DNA of 58,431 nt, counting the filler, from Sphacelaria rigidula (lineage: Eukaryota): the NCBI GenBank assembly GCA_964200075.2. It is 9 parts of 9 records of this genome, joined end to end, with 100 filler letters (N's around TTAATTAATTAA, not from the genome) between each part and the next. Parts side by side here need not be neighbours in the genome. Positions count along the whole stretch, not along the records: positions 19,513 to 25,916 come from CAXNAA020020283.1; positions 26,017 to 32,419 come from CAXNAA020020284.1; positions 32,520 to 38,922 come from CAXNAA020020285.1; 6 more parts are not named here. One strand, given 5' to 3'. The stretch's first letter is position 1; every line of letters begins with the position of its first letter. Position numbers and translations under genes: made by a program. This document shows, in pieces, positions 24,462 through 37,498 of the stretch. The notes under the pieces are model-generated. The model saw nothing but the letters and a program-made list of their open reading frames with translations, did no database searches and had not been told where the DNA came from.

Positions 24462-25535
24462 CTACGCGCTGGTCCAGCGGCAACAAGCAACTTGGACCTC
24501 CGCCCACCAGTACTTGCTCATTGGCCTATGTAGGCCCCGCCCTCTCAACATCGCCAACAGCAGCGCAGTATCACTCATACTCGCTACAGCCGCCACCTCC
24601 TGCCCAGCTTGCTCTTTGGCGGCAATAGCGGCAACGCCTCTAGCGCTCTCGTGCCTGTCCCCTTCGACTAGCGATGGCTGTGTGACTTGTTCGCCTCTTC
24701 CAACAGCTCTGCCAGGGGCTGCTATTTCAGCACCGACTACTGTTCTCTCACTGTTCTTGCTGCCCAGTGCGTCTCTTCGGACAGACACATGCGTCGTCAC
24801 CTTCTCTGCACCGCGTTGTTGCTTCAGTCGCGGGCGAGCTGTTTCTACTACTGCACGCTCAGCAGTTGCACTATCGTACCTGTCCCCTCGAGAAGATACA
24901 TGCTTCTCAGCTTTCACAGTGCAAGCATCTGCCCTGTATCGTTGTTTCAGACGCGGACCACCTACTGCACGTTCGGCGTGTGCACGGTCGTGCCTGTCTC
25001 CTCGGGCAGACACATGTTTTTCGGCTTCCACAGTGCAAGCAGCTGCCCTGAATCGTTGTTTCAAACGTGTACCACCTGCTGCACGTTCGGCAGGCTCACG
25101 GTCGTGCCTGTCCCCTCTGATAGACACATGCTTCTCGCCCTTGACAGTGTATGCGAGAGCGCTCTCATTCCTGTCCCGTCTGACAGATACGTGCTGTGTG
25201 ACAAGTGCGCGCTTCACAGTGCGATACACCCCACCGGGCGACGCATACTTGCGCAACGCGAAAAGCAGCTGCTCGCTCTCAACATCATGAGCATGTTTCA
25301 AGAACATGTCACACAGACATTTCGCAATATGTTTCGGCATGAGGTCAGAAACTTCTGCCACCTCAGAGAGGTTTGTCCACCGTGCGTTCACCTGATCTAC
25401 ATCTCGCACATATTGCTCGTATTTTCGAAAAAACTCGGCCGATTTTTCGCTCGAAAAACTGCGGCCATAGTACGGCACCTCTAGCGCCAGTACAGGAACA
25501 ATACGACCATCGACGATGACATATTCCTGCGCCAC
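24462..25535 (-). mobile_element. Gag-like ORF of an LTR retroelement, with an internal 38-aa tandem repeat
   Basis: 357-aa ORF just downstream of a PBS-like TGGTGGCTCGGCGC (25589-25602, minus) and LTR-like sequence running to the contig end. A possible protease remnant (TLIDTG) lies at about 23463-23480. No RT was seen. Confidence 0.55.
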
Positions 25536-25916
25536 ATCATTTTTAATAGTCGGACAGGCTTTGCCGCTACCTCCACGCTACTTATCAAGCGCCGAGCCAC
25601 CACGACATGTGTACATGGTGGAAACTCACGAAGGGACACCTCAACAGCTCAATAGCGGTTCCGGAAAAACCGGCGGTGTTTCTCTATCACAGAAACAACA
25701 ACGTTTCATACACCAAGACGCGCTTGGTCACCAAACGACAATGGCCACAGCGCCTCTTCCTCACGCAGCTCTCACCACGTGTTTGAAGTCCTTAGACTCC
25801 TCTTTTTGAACACGGTTGGCCAACCTCGAACCAGCCCTCTCGCAATTCTCCCGTCTCAAGTAGTAATTGCGCCGCGTTTTTTGGAACGCTCACGGGCTCG
25901 CCAGCTGTCGATCAAC

Positions 25917-26016
25917 NNNNNNNNNNNNNNNNNNNNNNNNNNNNNNNNNNNNNNNNNNNNTTAATTAATTAANNNNNNNNNNNNNNNNNNNNNNNNNNNN
26001 NNNNNNNNNNNNNNNN
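25917..26016. other. Artificial contig linker
   Basis: N44-TTAATTAATTAA-N44. Confidence 0.99.
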
Positions 26017-26165
26017 TATGAGATGTCCCAAATACCGGTACCGGGTACCTACCTTACCTACGGTGCCTGTGGAAAATACCGGATTGGAGTGGTATCGGTA
26101 TGGTATGAGATGTCCTAAATACCGATACCGGGTACCTACCTCACCTACGATGCCTGTGAAAATGT
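26017..26165 (+). repeat. 87-bp tandem repeat (about 1.7 copies, cut by the contig start)
   Basis: TATGAGATGTCC.AAATACCG.TACCGGGTACCTACCT starts at both 26017 and 26104. Confidence 0.85.
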
Positions 26166-28246
26166 CCACTTTTATTTAGACTATAGCCCCAGCTCGTATG
26201 ATAGCGCACCTTGCTGGAGCGTAATTTTGTGAACTGTCAATTCAAGGATAAAAGGCGGAGGCGATAGTCATCGAGACCAAAAATAAAAACCGGGAAAATA
26301 AGCAAGCACCCAGCACCGTAAAGCAGCGCGTGTTGATTAGTCGTTGCAACCAACCATGGACCCCCTCGGCGATCAATGAACATGCTGCTTTTTGATACGT
26401 GCTCCCTTTTCGGCTTCTTTTTCGGTCTCGATAAGACACGGCCTATGTTGGGAAGGCCTGACAGAGCATAGGTCCCTGTTGTTTTGCCTTTTCTGCTGAC
26501 ACTACACCATGGAAAGCTTTACAAAACACGATCCAGCAATATATCCAACGATATATTAAAAGATCGCGGGTCTACTCGGAAGTGGTGAATTAGTTGTTTG
26601 TCGTTGTGAATAACCATACAGTACCAAAAGTGAAGAAATGAAAAGATTGCGAGTATACCCGGAAGTGGGGGGGTTTTGGTTGGCATTTGAAACCATGCCG
26701 AAATGTTTACGAAACATTCCGGTTTGGTCCGACAAGGTATATCGAGCGTTCTTGTCCGAACAACCCAGTATTATTCGGGAGGGTACTCACCAATGAAATA
26801 CCTCTCTTCATACTCTAGTAAATTCTAGAGTTGTAGCTGGTAAACCGTACTGAGCATAACGTTTACGAGTATATATATATATATATGCTGAACGAAGCAC
26901 ACGATGTAAGGGGAGGGCAACGTTACTACGGACTAATCTAAAGAAACCGAAGCGTAATGCACCAAAGAGGATTTATATTTTTATATATTTTTTACGTATT
27001 GTTCTCTAAATGCAATCGGTTCATTCCAGAAATTCTGCTCCCATGCACTTTGTTTCGCCGCAAAAGGAGAGAACTTGAGTGTAACAACGCGTACGAAGGG
27101 ACATGTATTTGTACATACACCGTGGCCGGCGGGATAAAAGTCTCACTTATGCATGTAAGACGTACACGAAAACCACACGCATGGAACTACGCAGCGGTGA
27201 GCTTTTCCTTCCCACGAACCGCTGCTTCCATCAACGGTTACGCGCTGCTCAGTGTGGGCAATTACGGCCAATCTTGGTATGTTCGACTGTAAGTTACTGT
27301 CAAGAATGCTGACCGGGAAAGCAGAGTTGTGAGATACCTCTACAAAGACAGACTCTCAACCATCGATGAAAACTATTCACGGCAAGAAATCTATGACAAG
27401 CGCGAATGTAAGTCCGTCAGAGTTCGGGTCTGTTGTATTGATAGTTGATACATAGAAGGGGTGGCCCCGAACTGGGACAAACCCTGCTGCTTCGGAAGGC
27501 CCGACGACCAATGAGCGGTCATCTACGCCTCCGCGACAATTGTTTTACCATCCTCCACGAAGCTTCGGAACTATCAGATCAACCAGTTGGGCGCAGGCGC
27601 GCAGGCTCCAAAAGGGTAAATAGTAATTAGTACTATTACAGGAGGCAGCGACATCGACGGCTTCGGCAGTTGGGTGTTCGGTCACTAGTGGACTACCCGT
27701 GGATGCAGGTGAAATCTGAAATCATGCCGTGTCTTTCTGTAGAGGATCACCATCGTTGTCATGTCCAGATTTTGGCGTACTTTATTGTACTTCAGATATC
27801 TATCGAAAAACTGTTCGTTCTTGAGCGCCCGCCATTACCGCCACTTTCAACGTAAGAGTAACAAAAACAAGAGCAACCCAGGCAGTATAAATGCTTCAAG
27901 GCCATCATAGTAAGTAGTACATGCATATCAACACCCACAACTGTATGCTTGTTGCTGAACAGCTGGAAGTCGCGGCGTACTCAGCGGCAGGTGTTTATAT
28001 CGCATTCGGGATGCGTCTAGTTATCAAGGCGGACATCCGCGGAGGTTTCCTTTGCACCCCTAAGAGCTAATTGAGCAGGATATACATGGGCGGACAAACA
28101 CGCGGAAGTGATATTCACAGGTCCTCAGTCGTATGCTTATCCTTCCCGCAAGGCCCTGGTTCTACCAGCGGCTATTTTCGACTGAGCCTTCGGGAGGCAT
28201 TTGCCTGTGATGGACCACAACCCGCCCTCTCAACCATGTCAAGCTC

Positions 28247-28380
28247 CGTGTGCGTATGTTTGCGTGTAGCCATTCGATCTATTCTGGACGCCAGCCTACA
28301 CCAATCGGTATACGCGGGCGCGTCAGTCGGGGTCACACTGGGGAAAGGTCAACACACGAGTTTTGTTTTGTTTTTTTGTC
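28247..28380 (-). mobile_element. SINE 3' fragment
   Basis: TATTCTGGACGCCAG...GGGGTCACAC motif shared with 29052-29396. Confidence 0.65.
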
Positions 28381-28687
28381 TGCAATCCTTGTACAATCCA
28401 ATAAAAACAAAACTCGTCTGTAGCTGATCTGTATCTATTAAAGTAGTATGTAATGGTTGCTGTGGTTGTCGAGTGCTCTGGCATCCTGGCCCTCATGATA
28501 TACTCCCAAGACTCGGCGGAGAAATCAGATGTGCTATAATAATTATAGTTGGCTGTGGGCGCTAACAGCCAGGGTAACGTCCCCAACCGTATCGCTATAA
28601 TGAAGCTCAGCAGCTGCCCTCCGTTTGAGTGTGAAGACATGTGTTCTGTGTGTAAATAATGTGTGTGCTGTGGTCCTCAAAATAACA

Positions 28688-28983
28688 ATGTTTTCGTGAG
28701 ATGGAGAGTAGAGGATGCGATTGAATGAGAAAGGGTCAATTGATCAGTGAATGCATCGTTTCAGTTCCGAGATGCCCCTCCACAAGGCCCGATATCCTTT
28801 CTGCAGTAGCTTGCTAGTGAAGCCCTTCTGATATTCCCGAGTAGGATATCGACGTGAAGCTATAGGAAAACGACAGTGATCCAGGCAGAGAAAGGCACAC
28901 CCGGAATAACAAATTGGCCAAGTTCAAGCGAATGATGACGCCCAATCTCAATCAGCGCTCTACTCTCAATCTCACGAAAACAT
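28688..28983. mobile_element. 296-bp MITE with TIRs of about 26 bp
   Basis: ATGTTTTCGTGAGATGGAGAGTAGAG / CTCTACTCTCAATCTCACGAAAACAT. A second copy lies at 57748-58037. Confidence 0.85.
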
Positions 28984-29051
28984 GTTTAAACCCAAACTCA
29001 CCTGAAAACATCCTGGTCACCAAAGTCACCAAAATCATGGGCTGTGACTAC

Positions 29052-29396
29052 TGTATGTGTTATCGCCCCGTTTATTCTGGACGCCAGTTTACACCTTTCG
29101 GTATATGTGGGCGCACCAGCGCGGGTCACACAGGAGGAAGGCCAACACGATCGGTTTTTTCTCTTGTTCGAGTACTTTACCTTCCTTCTGCGGTGGTTGC
29201 CCTCTGTTTTATCCCGAGAGGGGTCCAGCGGCCCCTTTTCCTCGTCGATCGTTGAGTCGAATTTTGTGTACGTACTATGACATGGTGCATGGTGTGAGGC
29301 AAAACCTCAGATCGGGGAACCTCGCCGAGATTCGCACCCACGATCCAATCGTCAGGGGGTTTCGAAGCTACCAACTGAGCCACCGGGGCTACCGGT
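29052..29396 (-). mobile_element. tRNA-derived SINE
   Basis: Minus-strand head CCCCGGTGGCTCAGTTGG (A box) ... GGGTGCGAATCTC (degenerate B box), followed by the family body and a CA-rich tail. Confidence 0.85.
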
Positions 29397-29681
29397 CTGG
29401 ACAACTTCGTATCGTCATTTAAACGGTAACAGGAATTAAAACTGAATCTAGTGATGCCGGCGCCAGTGATCCAGCTTGTTCGAGCTACGAATGCCGTTTC
29501 CGGCTATGGTGCATACCAATTTTAGTACAGGGATCGCATAATATATTTTGGTTTCTTCGGCTAGCCTGTGACCACGGAAGGCGTCCGCATAAGATGCCCA
29601 GTACCATTGTACCGCGCAGACATCGGAACGGCTTTTAATGTGAAGACAACAACAACAACAATAATGGAGATGTCCACATCA

Positions 29682-30288
29682 GTACCCCGGTGGCTCAGTT
29701 GGTGACCTCGACACCTTTTACTGGTCTGGTCGTGGGTTCAAATTTCGAAGCGATCTTGGATTTTTTCTCACACTGCCCAACAACAGTACAGTGTAGAGCG
29801 ACTATGTCGTGGATAAACAAAATTCGACTCGAAAGGAGAGGGACTATGTCGTGGATAAACAAAATTCGACTCGAAAGGAGAGGGACTATGTCGTGGATAA
29901 ACAAAATTCGACTCGAAAGGAGAGCGACTATGTCGTGGGTACATGAGATTTTACTTGGTGGTCGACGAGGGAGAGAAATTACTGGATCCCTCTTGCGACA
30001 AAAAGAAAAGGCGACAGACGTCGAAGGAAGGAAACTGCTAGACCCCTCTCGCGATAAATAAAAAGGGCAACCACCGCACAAGGAAGGTGGCGAATGAGAA
30101 GAAACAAGAAAGAAAAAACTCCTCCTGTGATGGCCTTTCTCTTGTGTGACCCCGGCTTGTACGCCCACATATTACATACCGGAAGGTGGATATATAATTT
30201 TTGCATCGTTCCTGTTGCGCCCAAATATACGGAAAGGTGTAGACCGGCGTCCAGAATAGATGGGACGACAGCAGACACACAACACACA
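29682..30288 (+). mobile_element. tRNA-derived SINE with an internal 42-bp tandem triplication
   Basis: A box TGGCTCAGTTGG (29691-29702), B box GGTTCAAATTT (29735-29745), body homologous to 29052-29396, and an ACACACAACACACA tail. Confidence 0.85.
29795..29938 (+). repeat. 42-bp tandem repeat, about 3.4 copies
   Basis: AGAG(C/G)GACTATGTCGTGGATAAACAAAATTCGACTCGAAAGG at 29795, 29837 and 29879, partial at 29921. Confidence 0.95.
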
Positions 30289-30660
30289 TCGTTCACCGCA
30301 CATCGGAGCATCATTATTAACCAATTTGGGGCTGGGCCTCCAGAACGACCGATGAGGCTGTTTAGGGATTACGCGTCCTGCACATGCATGAAACACCAGT
30401 GGTCTCATGTCGCTAAAACTCCACATATGTATGTAACCGCACAGTTAGAGGAAGACCAAAAGTTTCATCCAATCCGATATTTTCAAGTGCAGGTACGAAC
30501 TATCTGTACTATACGAGTAGTAATTCGGGTGTTGTGCTCGTCAGGTAATGTACAGATATATCAAGCAGTATGAGTCGCCATAAGGAGCCTCCAACAGGAT
30601 GTGGCAACCGCTGCCAGCCGCTTGTGGCCTTGGATATTGTCCCCATCACCTTGCCATAGA

Positions 30661-31495
30661 GGGCCTATCTTAGCCCTTTTTTTTCGATCGAAAAAATGAG
30701 GCGGTGGAAATTACTTAGCGAAAGTTTCTCGTTTTGATGCAGTTGGGTCCGGATGGACTTTCAAGCTTTCGATCCAAAAAATACAGTGAAATTCGTGAAA
30801 CGGTACATGGTCACTCGTGTACCGTAGTACCCAGTAGTACAGGCAATCTGTTTTGTCTGCACTGCTTGCAAGCAGGGTGTCTTGAGTACGTATGTACGTG
30901 TTTCGTGCAGGAGTATGTAACGGAGAAGCGGGCAATGTGCAGTGCAGACAGCCTAGGACCATCAGTTCCCTCTGCTTATAATGCAACGTGAAAAGGACTT
31001 CAGCAACGTGCAGCTTTGTACTGCCTGCACTGTCCATGGGCGTGCACGCAACTCGTTTGCCCACCGTACCACGCAGTTCCGTCCTTGATGCCTACCATGA
31101 GAGAAGATGCGCAAGTTTTCGCCAACAAAAAATAAGCATAGCACATCCGACTGCTGTAGTGTATTCATCCCTGTGCTCAACTTGTGCTCTATGCTGCAGG
31201 GTTGTGGTGGTAGATGAGAACGAGTTGGATGGAGTTTACATTGTCCTCTGGATAGGTGTTATTTCGCGTGGTGGTCGGTCAGGTAGGAGTCAAATGCCGC
31301 TTCGTGCCTTTCGACCGCATGTTTTCGATCGAAAACAATTATGTTTCACCTCGTTGCATTCTTCTCCGTGCGCCGCTAATTACAATTTTGAGTTGAAGCC
31401 TTCAAGGAACACAAATGCGGTGGACCTATGAGATCGGCAAAAAAAAAAATCGACCGCACTTTTTCGATCGGAAAAAAAAGTGCTGAGACACGCCC
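30661..31495. mobile_element. Non-autonomous PIF/Harbinger-like element (835 bp)
   Basis: Imperfect TIRs of about 35 bp: GGGCCTATCTTAGCCCTTTTTTTTCGATCGAAAA / TTTTCGATCGGAAAAAAAAGTGCTGAGACACGCCC. The right 170 bp or so are shared with 39965-40135. Confidence 0.7.
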
Positions 31496-32271
31496 ACAGC
31501 CCTTTGCCCTTTGTGGTCTGGACGGGCCGCGATTTCCCTCTTTGTTGCAAGCGGCAAATTCTCTTCGAACGGCATGGGCGTTGCGCCGCAGATGCGGTAC
31601 AGTGCAGCACGCCTTTCCGAATGCTCTGGGCAGTTCCCTGCGACGGAGATCAGCTGCCTCAACGCAGCTTGCTCGTTACAGTCGATTACACACGACCTCA
31701 CCGCCGCTTGTACCGCTTCGACAGGGGGATATACGCAGAACTCATGCCTCTAGCTCCATCTCTCGTCCCACAGAGTTGCCAGATTCAGTCGCCTTTGTGA
31801 ACATGATCACATATAATATAGTAGGGTACATTTATTCCCCAATTTTCCCCGAGCACTACGAGCTGGGCCAGCCTAGAGCCGAATTTGAAGTTTGCAGGCC
31901 CATGCTCCCGCGAATATTTGAATATTTCTGTGATTACCTCACTTCCACTTTGGCCATGTGCTGTGGATTATTTGACGATCTCACCGCCTGAAATGTATGG
32001 AAATGTATTACACCCTAGACAAGAGCCTTCTACAATCAGTACTCGTATACAATTTAAAAAGCATGAACTGTGCATAATATGACTTCAAGACAGTGTAGAA
32101 ATCTCCACGCGGTATGAATTGTTACAGCCGGCTTGCGCCCCATAGCGGCTGTGCTACCATGTAGCTCCGCTCAAGATACAGGCAGGAATTATAGCGGAAG
32201 AGGCGACCTATTACTCTTGCGTGCGCCACCTAGGGCGAATGCACACTTAGCTGCAACACCGACCGCTGTAC

Positions 32272-32401
32272 AGCAATGACTCGAGTGCTCGACCTATTCA
32301 TTTGTTTCCACAACGAGCGATGACTCGAGTGCTCGACCTATTCATGTTTTGCACAGCGAGCGATGACTCGAGTGCTCGCCCTATTCATTTTTTGAAAAAC
32401 G
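32272..32401 (+). repeat. 43-44-bp tandem repeat x3 with internal inverted motif TCGAG-TG-CTCG(A)
   Basis: AGC(A/G)ATGACTCGAGTGCTCG(A/C)CCTATTCAT... at 32272, 32316 and 32359. Confidence 0.92.
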
Positions 32402-32419
32402 AGAGGCAGTAGGGGGGTC

Positions 32420-32519
32420 NNNNNNNNNNNNNNNNNNNNNNNNNNNNNNNNNNNNNNNNNNNNTTAATTAATTAANNNNNNNNNNNNNNNNNNNNNNNNN
32501 NNNNNNNNNNNNNNNNNNN
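32420..32519. other. Artificial contig linker
   Basis: N44-TTAATTAATTAA-N44. Confidence 0.99.
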
Positions 32520-32849
32520 GTACGCTGAAGAAGTATCGACGCGATCGAGGGGCATCAGGCCGACAAAAATGTCATTGGGCACCATCGCTGAAGGTGTGGG
32601 GAAAGCACTGTTTTTGGCTTGAACCTCATCTCGGAGTTGAACCTCAATTCGCGCAATTTGTTGTTCCGTGTAGACCTTGCTGTCATGCGGTGTGAAAAAA
32701 CGATACCTCTGGGGGTGACTTGAATCTTGCTGGCGCGAGCATCGTATTTTCTGATCGACGCTGTTCTGCGTTCAAACAATCACGTGCTCAGCTGGGTGTG
32801 TGTGTTGCATCGGTGTCTGTCGCAGGAAATTGACTTGTGAAGGGTCATC

Positions 32850-33050
32850 CAAAGCTGAGGCTAGAGATGGTTGGGAACGAGGGTGCTCTATAAATGACCA
32901 TCTGTCATTATATTCGTGGCCCACGTCGTTAAGCACTGACCAGGAAGGCCTTGCCTGAGAATGACTTTCGAGCAACGTACAGGCAGTAGTCTGCAGTACG
33001 TGACGCCCGGATGATTACTGTAATTTCGTTGCTGCATGTACTGGCTGCCT
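32850..33050 (+). repeat. Diverged direct repeat (second copy at about 34765-34965)
   Basis: Shared CTGACCAGGAAGG..TTGCCTGA and ATTACTGTAATTTCGTTGCTGCATGTACTG. Confidence 0.75.
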
Positions 33051-34964
33051 GGAGCAATTCGATTCTACAACTCTTGTAAGGGACAAGGGTAATCTCTTGT
33101 AAGGGAGAAGGAAAATCACAGTAGAATATTCACCCGATAAATAAAACCGGTCCTTGCAAGCTGCCAGAAAACGCATTTCCCCTTGCAGGTTGTGCTCGTG
33201 CGGCATGTGAAATGCGTTGTTGCACACTTACAAACGTCGTCAACCCGACGATACCTGTGTGCCACGCGGTTCCTCGCAGCGCATGGCACTAAATACAACC
33301 TGCCCCCGTGTGTTAAGGCCACGATTTGCCTGTCGTATCATCGCACAAATCACAATCAGATCTACGGATATCTGAGGTTCAACCACGTTTTGCACAAATG
33401 AAGGCACCACGAACACGATGTTGTGCAGAAAACTCATTTCACTGTGGATTGGAACGCAACGAGCGCGACCTGACTGGCTGCTGTATCATGCCCACCACTG
33501 ATTTCCAAGGCTCTTCGTTCGAGCGACCTTGTAGACGAGCTTTTTACGTTTCTATTACCCTCAGCAGCTCCAAGGATGCTCATGCGAGGTTTTCACTGCG
33601 TTGCCGGCTAATCAACAGCGGTCATCCGAGACTTGTCCGGAGTGAAACAATAGTCACCGACATGATCTTCACTCCCATTGTCCTGTTCAAGGATGACTAC
33701 GAGATAATTGTTGTGCCCGCTTCGAAGATGGCTGTATGGCAGCTTGCCTCATACATGAAACGCTCGCTGAATTTCTGGCTGCTTCAGTCGTGTGACTTTT
33801 GTTGTGCTCAACAATTCTCGTTGTGTTTTCAGGATATCAACGGCGACATCCACACGTCCCTGATCTTGATGTCAACTCTTCACGCCCTGATTGGTGTAGC
33901 TGCCATTTACAGCCGATTTAAAATTTTGGGGTTCAACAATGAAATGCGGTTCGACCCCAATTCGAAAACTCGAGAATTCACGCCAAATCATATCACCACG
34001 GGAAAGCGTTTTCGCAGGCAGAGTTTATATTGCAGTTACGCTGGTGTGGTTGGGTGCACTGAGTGAAAGCCGTGCACACACGTGTCGATGACGATATCAC
34101 CAGAGGAGCAACGGCGGAGAGGAAGCTCCTCGCCGGTGTCGCATTCCCAATCGCTGCAGAGATTGGCATCATATTATAGTATCAGCACATACCCAGGTTG
34201 TCATGTATGTGCAAGCGGGTTATTGTAGCACAGCCGCGGAAACAAGATTGCGGGACGCCCCGGTTGTCGTCTCCTGTCTGTTGCACTAACCAATGCAAAG
34301 CTCGATTCCTCTCTGCCACTCTGCTTGGACCAGAAGTGTCTCTATGCGCAGTAGAACACGTCGTCGAAAAGTAGGGTGATGTTCTCGTCACCGCTACTGT
34401 TCTCTCAACCACACATGCGAGCAAGGACGACTGCGCTCTTGCGGCAAGATCGCATAATCGGACGCTGGGAGATGTTATTGCAGTCGTTGATTTCACCCGA
34501 CGTCTGCGAAACGAGGACGACATACCGTCTGCCACATCCCAGTCGGGGGGATAGATGTATGGGAGATCAAACACTCGTGTTGAGCTTCATGGTATTCAGA
34601 GTGAAAGAAGATGCCTCATGCGGGTGACTGAGCTCGTGCTGGCGTGACCGAAACGGGGGCTGAAATCCTGCAATTGTGCTTCTCCGCTGTCAACCCGTCG
34701 CATGCATGGTGTGTGTGTGTCGGGGGGGGTGTCCGTCGCAAAATATCGTTTTGTGAGGAGAGCCATTCTAAGCTGGGGCAAGATATGGTTAAGAACAGGG
34801 GTGCCCTATGATTAATCACGTACCGTTGCATTCCTGACCCGCGCCGTCAAGCGCTGACCAGGAAGGTTTTGCCTGAAAACAGCTTTCGAGTAACGACAGT
34901 AGTAGTAGGCAGTCGGTCCAGCGCGGAAAATTACTGTAATTTCGTTGCTGCATGTACTGACTGT

Positions 34965-35626
34965 CTCCTTTAAAGACGTTTCTGTTCCTGCTCCCATTGG
35001 AAGGCTTCTAGAACGTGTAGCTACAGGGCTTACTCTCGACGTACTTCCAGATCTAAGCTGTGGAATTCCTACATCCTGTCGCTGCCTAAGCTCATAAGTT
35101 TCTTCGGGACGATTTCTGCCGTTAATAATTCCCGAAATTCCCGGATGTGTAAGAGTAACTACTTCACGAATGGGCCGTTTCCATAAGAAAATTTGTCCCG
35201 TTAAACTTACTGAGACTCTCTATGACTTCAGTAACGGATGGCTCTCCAGATAAATTCATCCGTTACAATCTGTGTTACTTCTATTCACACTTCAATGTCT
35301 CTTCACCTCAGATTTCTTCTTCGTCTTCGCGATGGAACTATATCATCCACACCTCAATTTTCTCTTCATGCCCTCGCTGATAGGCGGGACGACCGCGCTC
35401 CTTCCCTGCTGCAGTTCGAGGTCCTCGATGGAGCGTCCTGGCTGCTAGTGCCGAAAACTACGGTACTATACTGTAGTCACACAATAAAAGCCTGTTGACG
35501 TAGCGAGGCCCATAACCTGTTGAAAGCATATGGCTATCGTGACTTGTGTACAGCAGTCTAATGATGGTGGTGGACAGACAAAATGGTGCACATTGCACAG
35601 AACAGCCAACTATGATAACACGGAGT
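34965..35626 (-). mobile_element. 5' part of a Ty1/copia element: LTR end, PBS and frameshifted gag N-terminus
   Basis: On the minus strand, ...CTTTCAACA is followed directly by GGTTATGGGCC (35507-35517), the copia-type internal tRNA-iMet PBS. The ATG at 35259 gives ...SKFNGTNFL/WKRPIREVVTLTHPGISGIINGRNRP, like a copia gag start. Confidence 0.8.
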
Positions 35627-35875
35627 GACTGCTGCCGAGATAGCCCACCCCCGAACCGGCCAAAAGAGTGCACGGAGGCGATGAGCATAAATACCGTCAG
35701 AGTTGGTAGTGTGCTGCACGACGCGATTCATTTGGGCGTTATAGCTTATTTTGGACTGCTACACGCCTCTCATGTGGGTGGAATATCTGTAAACGAGCCC
35801 AATAGTGGGATCGCAGCCGGTTTGTCGTACGGTCTCCGGTGCACTTTTCGTGGGGGGGCTATCTCAGCATTCGTC
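35627..35875. mobile_element. 249-bp MITE with GAC...GTC termini and perfect GAGT TSD (Sola-like)
   Basis: Homologous to 1183-1432 and flanked by GAGT on both sides. Confidence 0.88.
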
Positions 35876-36067
35876 GAGTGTAGGAGTCAAAATAGGAAGA
35901 AAGGTACAGGAATCAATAATGGCAATGTCGGGCACAACAGTGATGTCGTGCATAGTAGCAATCTGGAACATGAACATCAGCAAGTAAACACAGTTACCCT
36001 GGACACAAGTACATGTTCAGACCATACAAATGCACAAGCTCTTCATGCAAGTGCATCATCGGCATAA

Positions 36068-36470
36068 GTGGTAGATAATTCGGCTACAAGCGGGATGGGA
36101 ATTACCTTTCTCACAGAGCCTATAGATGATGACAGTAGAAAAGTAGTCATGTCAACCTTGTTTTCAGTAATAATCGACTCAGGGGCAGCCACTCACTGCG
36201 TGGACAGTAATTTACTACCTGGTATAGAGCGGGAAATGTCAGATTATGTCGAGTTCAGTCCCCCAATAGGTATACGAGCAACAGGAGGACACCTGCTATA
36301 AGGAACAGGTGAAGGCGTTATACACACGATAGTGATAGATATCAATGGCTATGAGCGGTCTGTGCGTTTATCAGCCATTGTAGTACCCAAATTAGGTTAA
36401 AACTTATTTACGCCCTGCAAAGCATTCAAGAAGGGCGTGGGTACTATTTTTTCAGCAGATCCACATGTAA
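36068..36470 (+). pseudogene. Ty1/copia aspartic protease remnant
   Basis: VIIDSGAATHCVD...IRATGGHLL*GTGEGVI...IVVPKLG*NLF, with in-frame stops. Confidence 0.8.
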
Positions 36471-37498
36471 ATTTGGGAGATTTTCAAGTTGCAATGAATG
36501 TTAATAACAACGGGATATTAAGGAGTATCAGTATGAAAATCATCCATGAGGGTAATTCAGGTAGCTCAACGCTAACAACTACAGTAGTATCAGGAAAATC
36601 AATAGGCACAGCTTTGCTACAGTGAGAGAGCAAAAGTAGACCAAGATGCGCGTAGGAAGCAGAAAAAGAGCAGTGAAAGTAAGATGTCCTCGATCAAGTC
36701 CAAGGCAGTAGATCAGTATGAGAGTAGATACCACTCTACAAGTAAAAAAAATAACAATTTCCACCAGCACAGTAAGAAGCAGCAACAACAGCAGTCATCT
36801 TGACGACAAAAAGCAGCATATATCCACGAGATATTGGGGATGAAGGGTGTAGTAGATTCATTATTAGGGAAACAAGTTCGTCTTGAGCAGAAGAAGGCAT
36901 GTTTAGCGAGTAGTAACAGGAGATCATTTCAGTCACCTGTATCCCTGAACAGTAGATCGGTAAAATCGCCTGCGTACATTAACAGCAAGGAGGATACACA
37001 TGAACGTGAAATAGAAGAGGCACGATCGCAAAATGTTTTTATCTCCAAACCACCTCGAGTAATGCAAACAGCAGGATTGTCAATTTCCGGCGACAAGGAA
37101 TTACGGACCAAGGACAGATCCGAGAAGCATTCGATCGTCATGGACAACAGCGACGACGTCAACACCAAGAAGCAGCAGACAAGCATACTACGAACTAATG
37201 TTGTGAGTATAACGTAGAGAGTAGTAAATGGTAGAGAATAAGCATCATCAACGACGGCGTAGTGTAGCAACGATCGAGTGAGGACAAGAACAGAGGAGAG
37301 CAACTTGGACAACATCAACGAAGTAGGACTCAGTGAGCCCAGTAGATGCGATCATTCGATTCTTTTTAATGGAAGAGTATATGAGTAGAGTACAGTAAGG
37401 TACAGTGAGGTACAATATAGTACAGTAAAGTACAGATGGAGTACAGTATACACGTTGGATAGGAATGAGTGTGATTATATATATTCGAAATATCATTT

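Noticed and set aside
29682..29760. Functional tRNA gene (also 29320-29396, minus)
   Set aside because: A and B boxes are present, but I see no convincing cloverleaf and the sequence continues into a multi-copy SINE body.
29795..29938. CRISPR-like array
   Set aside because: The units are contiguous tandem copies with no unique spacers, lie inside a SINE, and have no cas genes nearby.
32272..32401. CRISPR-like palindromic repeats
   Set aside because: The segments between cores are short (about 15 nt) and similar to each other, so this is a minisatellite.
33326..34066. 246-aa ORF as a gene
   Set aside because: It has a non-ATG start, no recognisable motif, and lies among diverged repeats.
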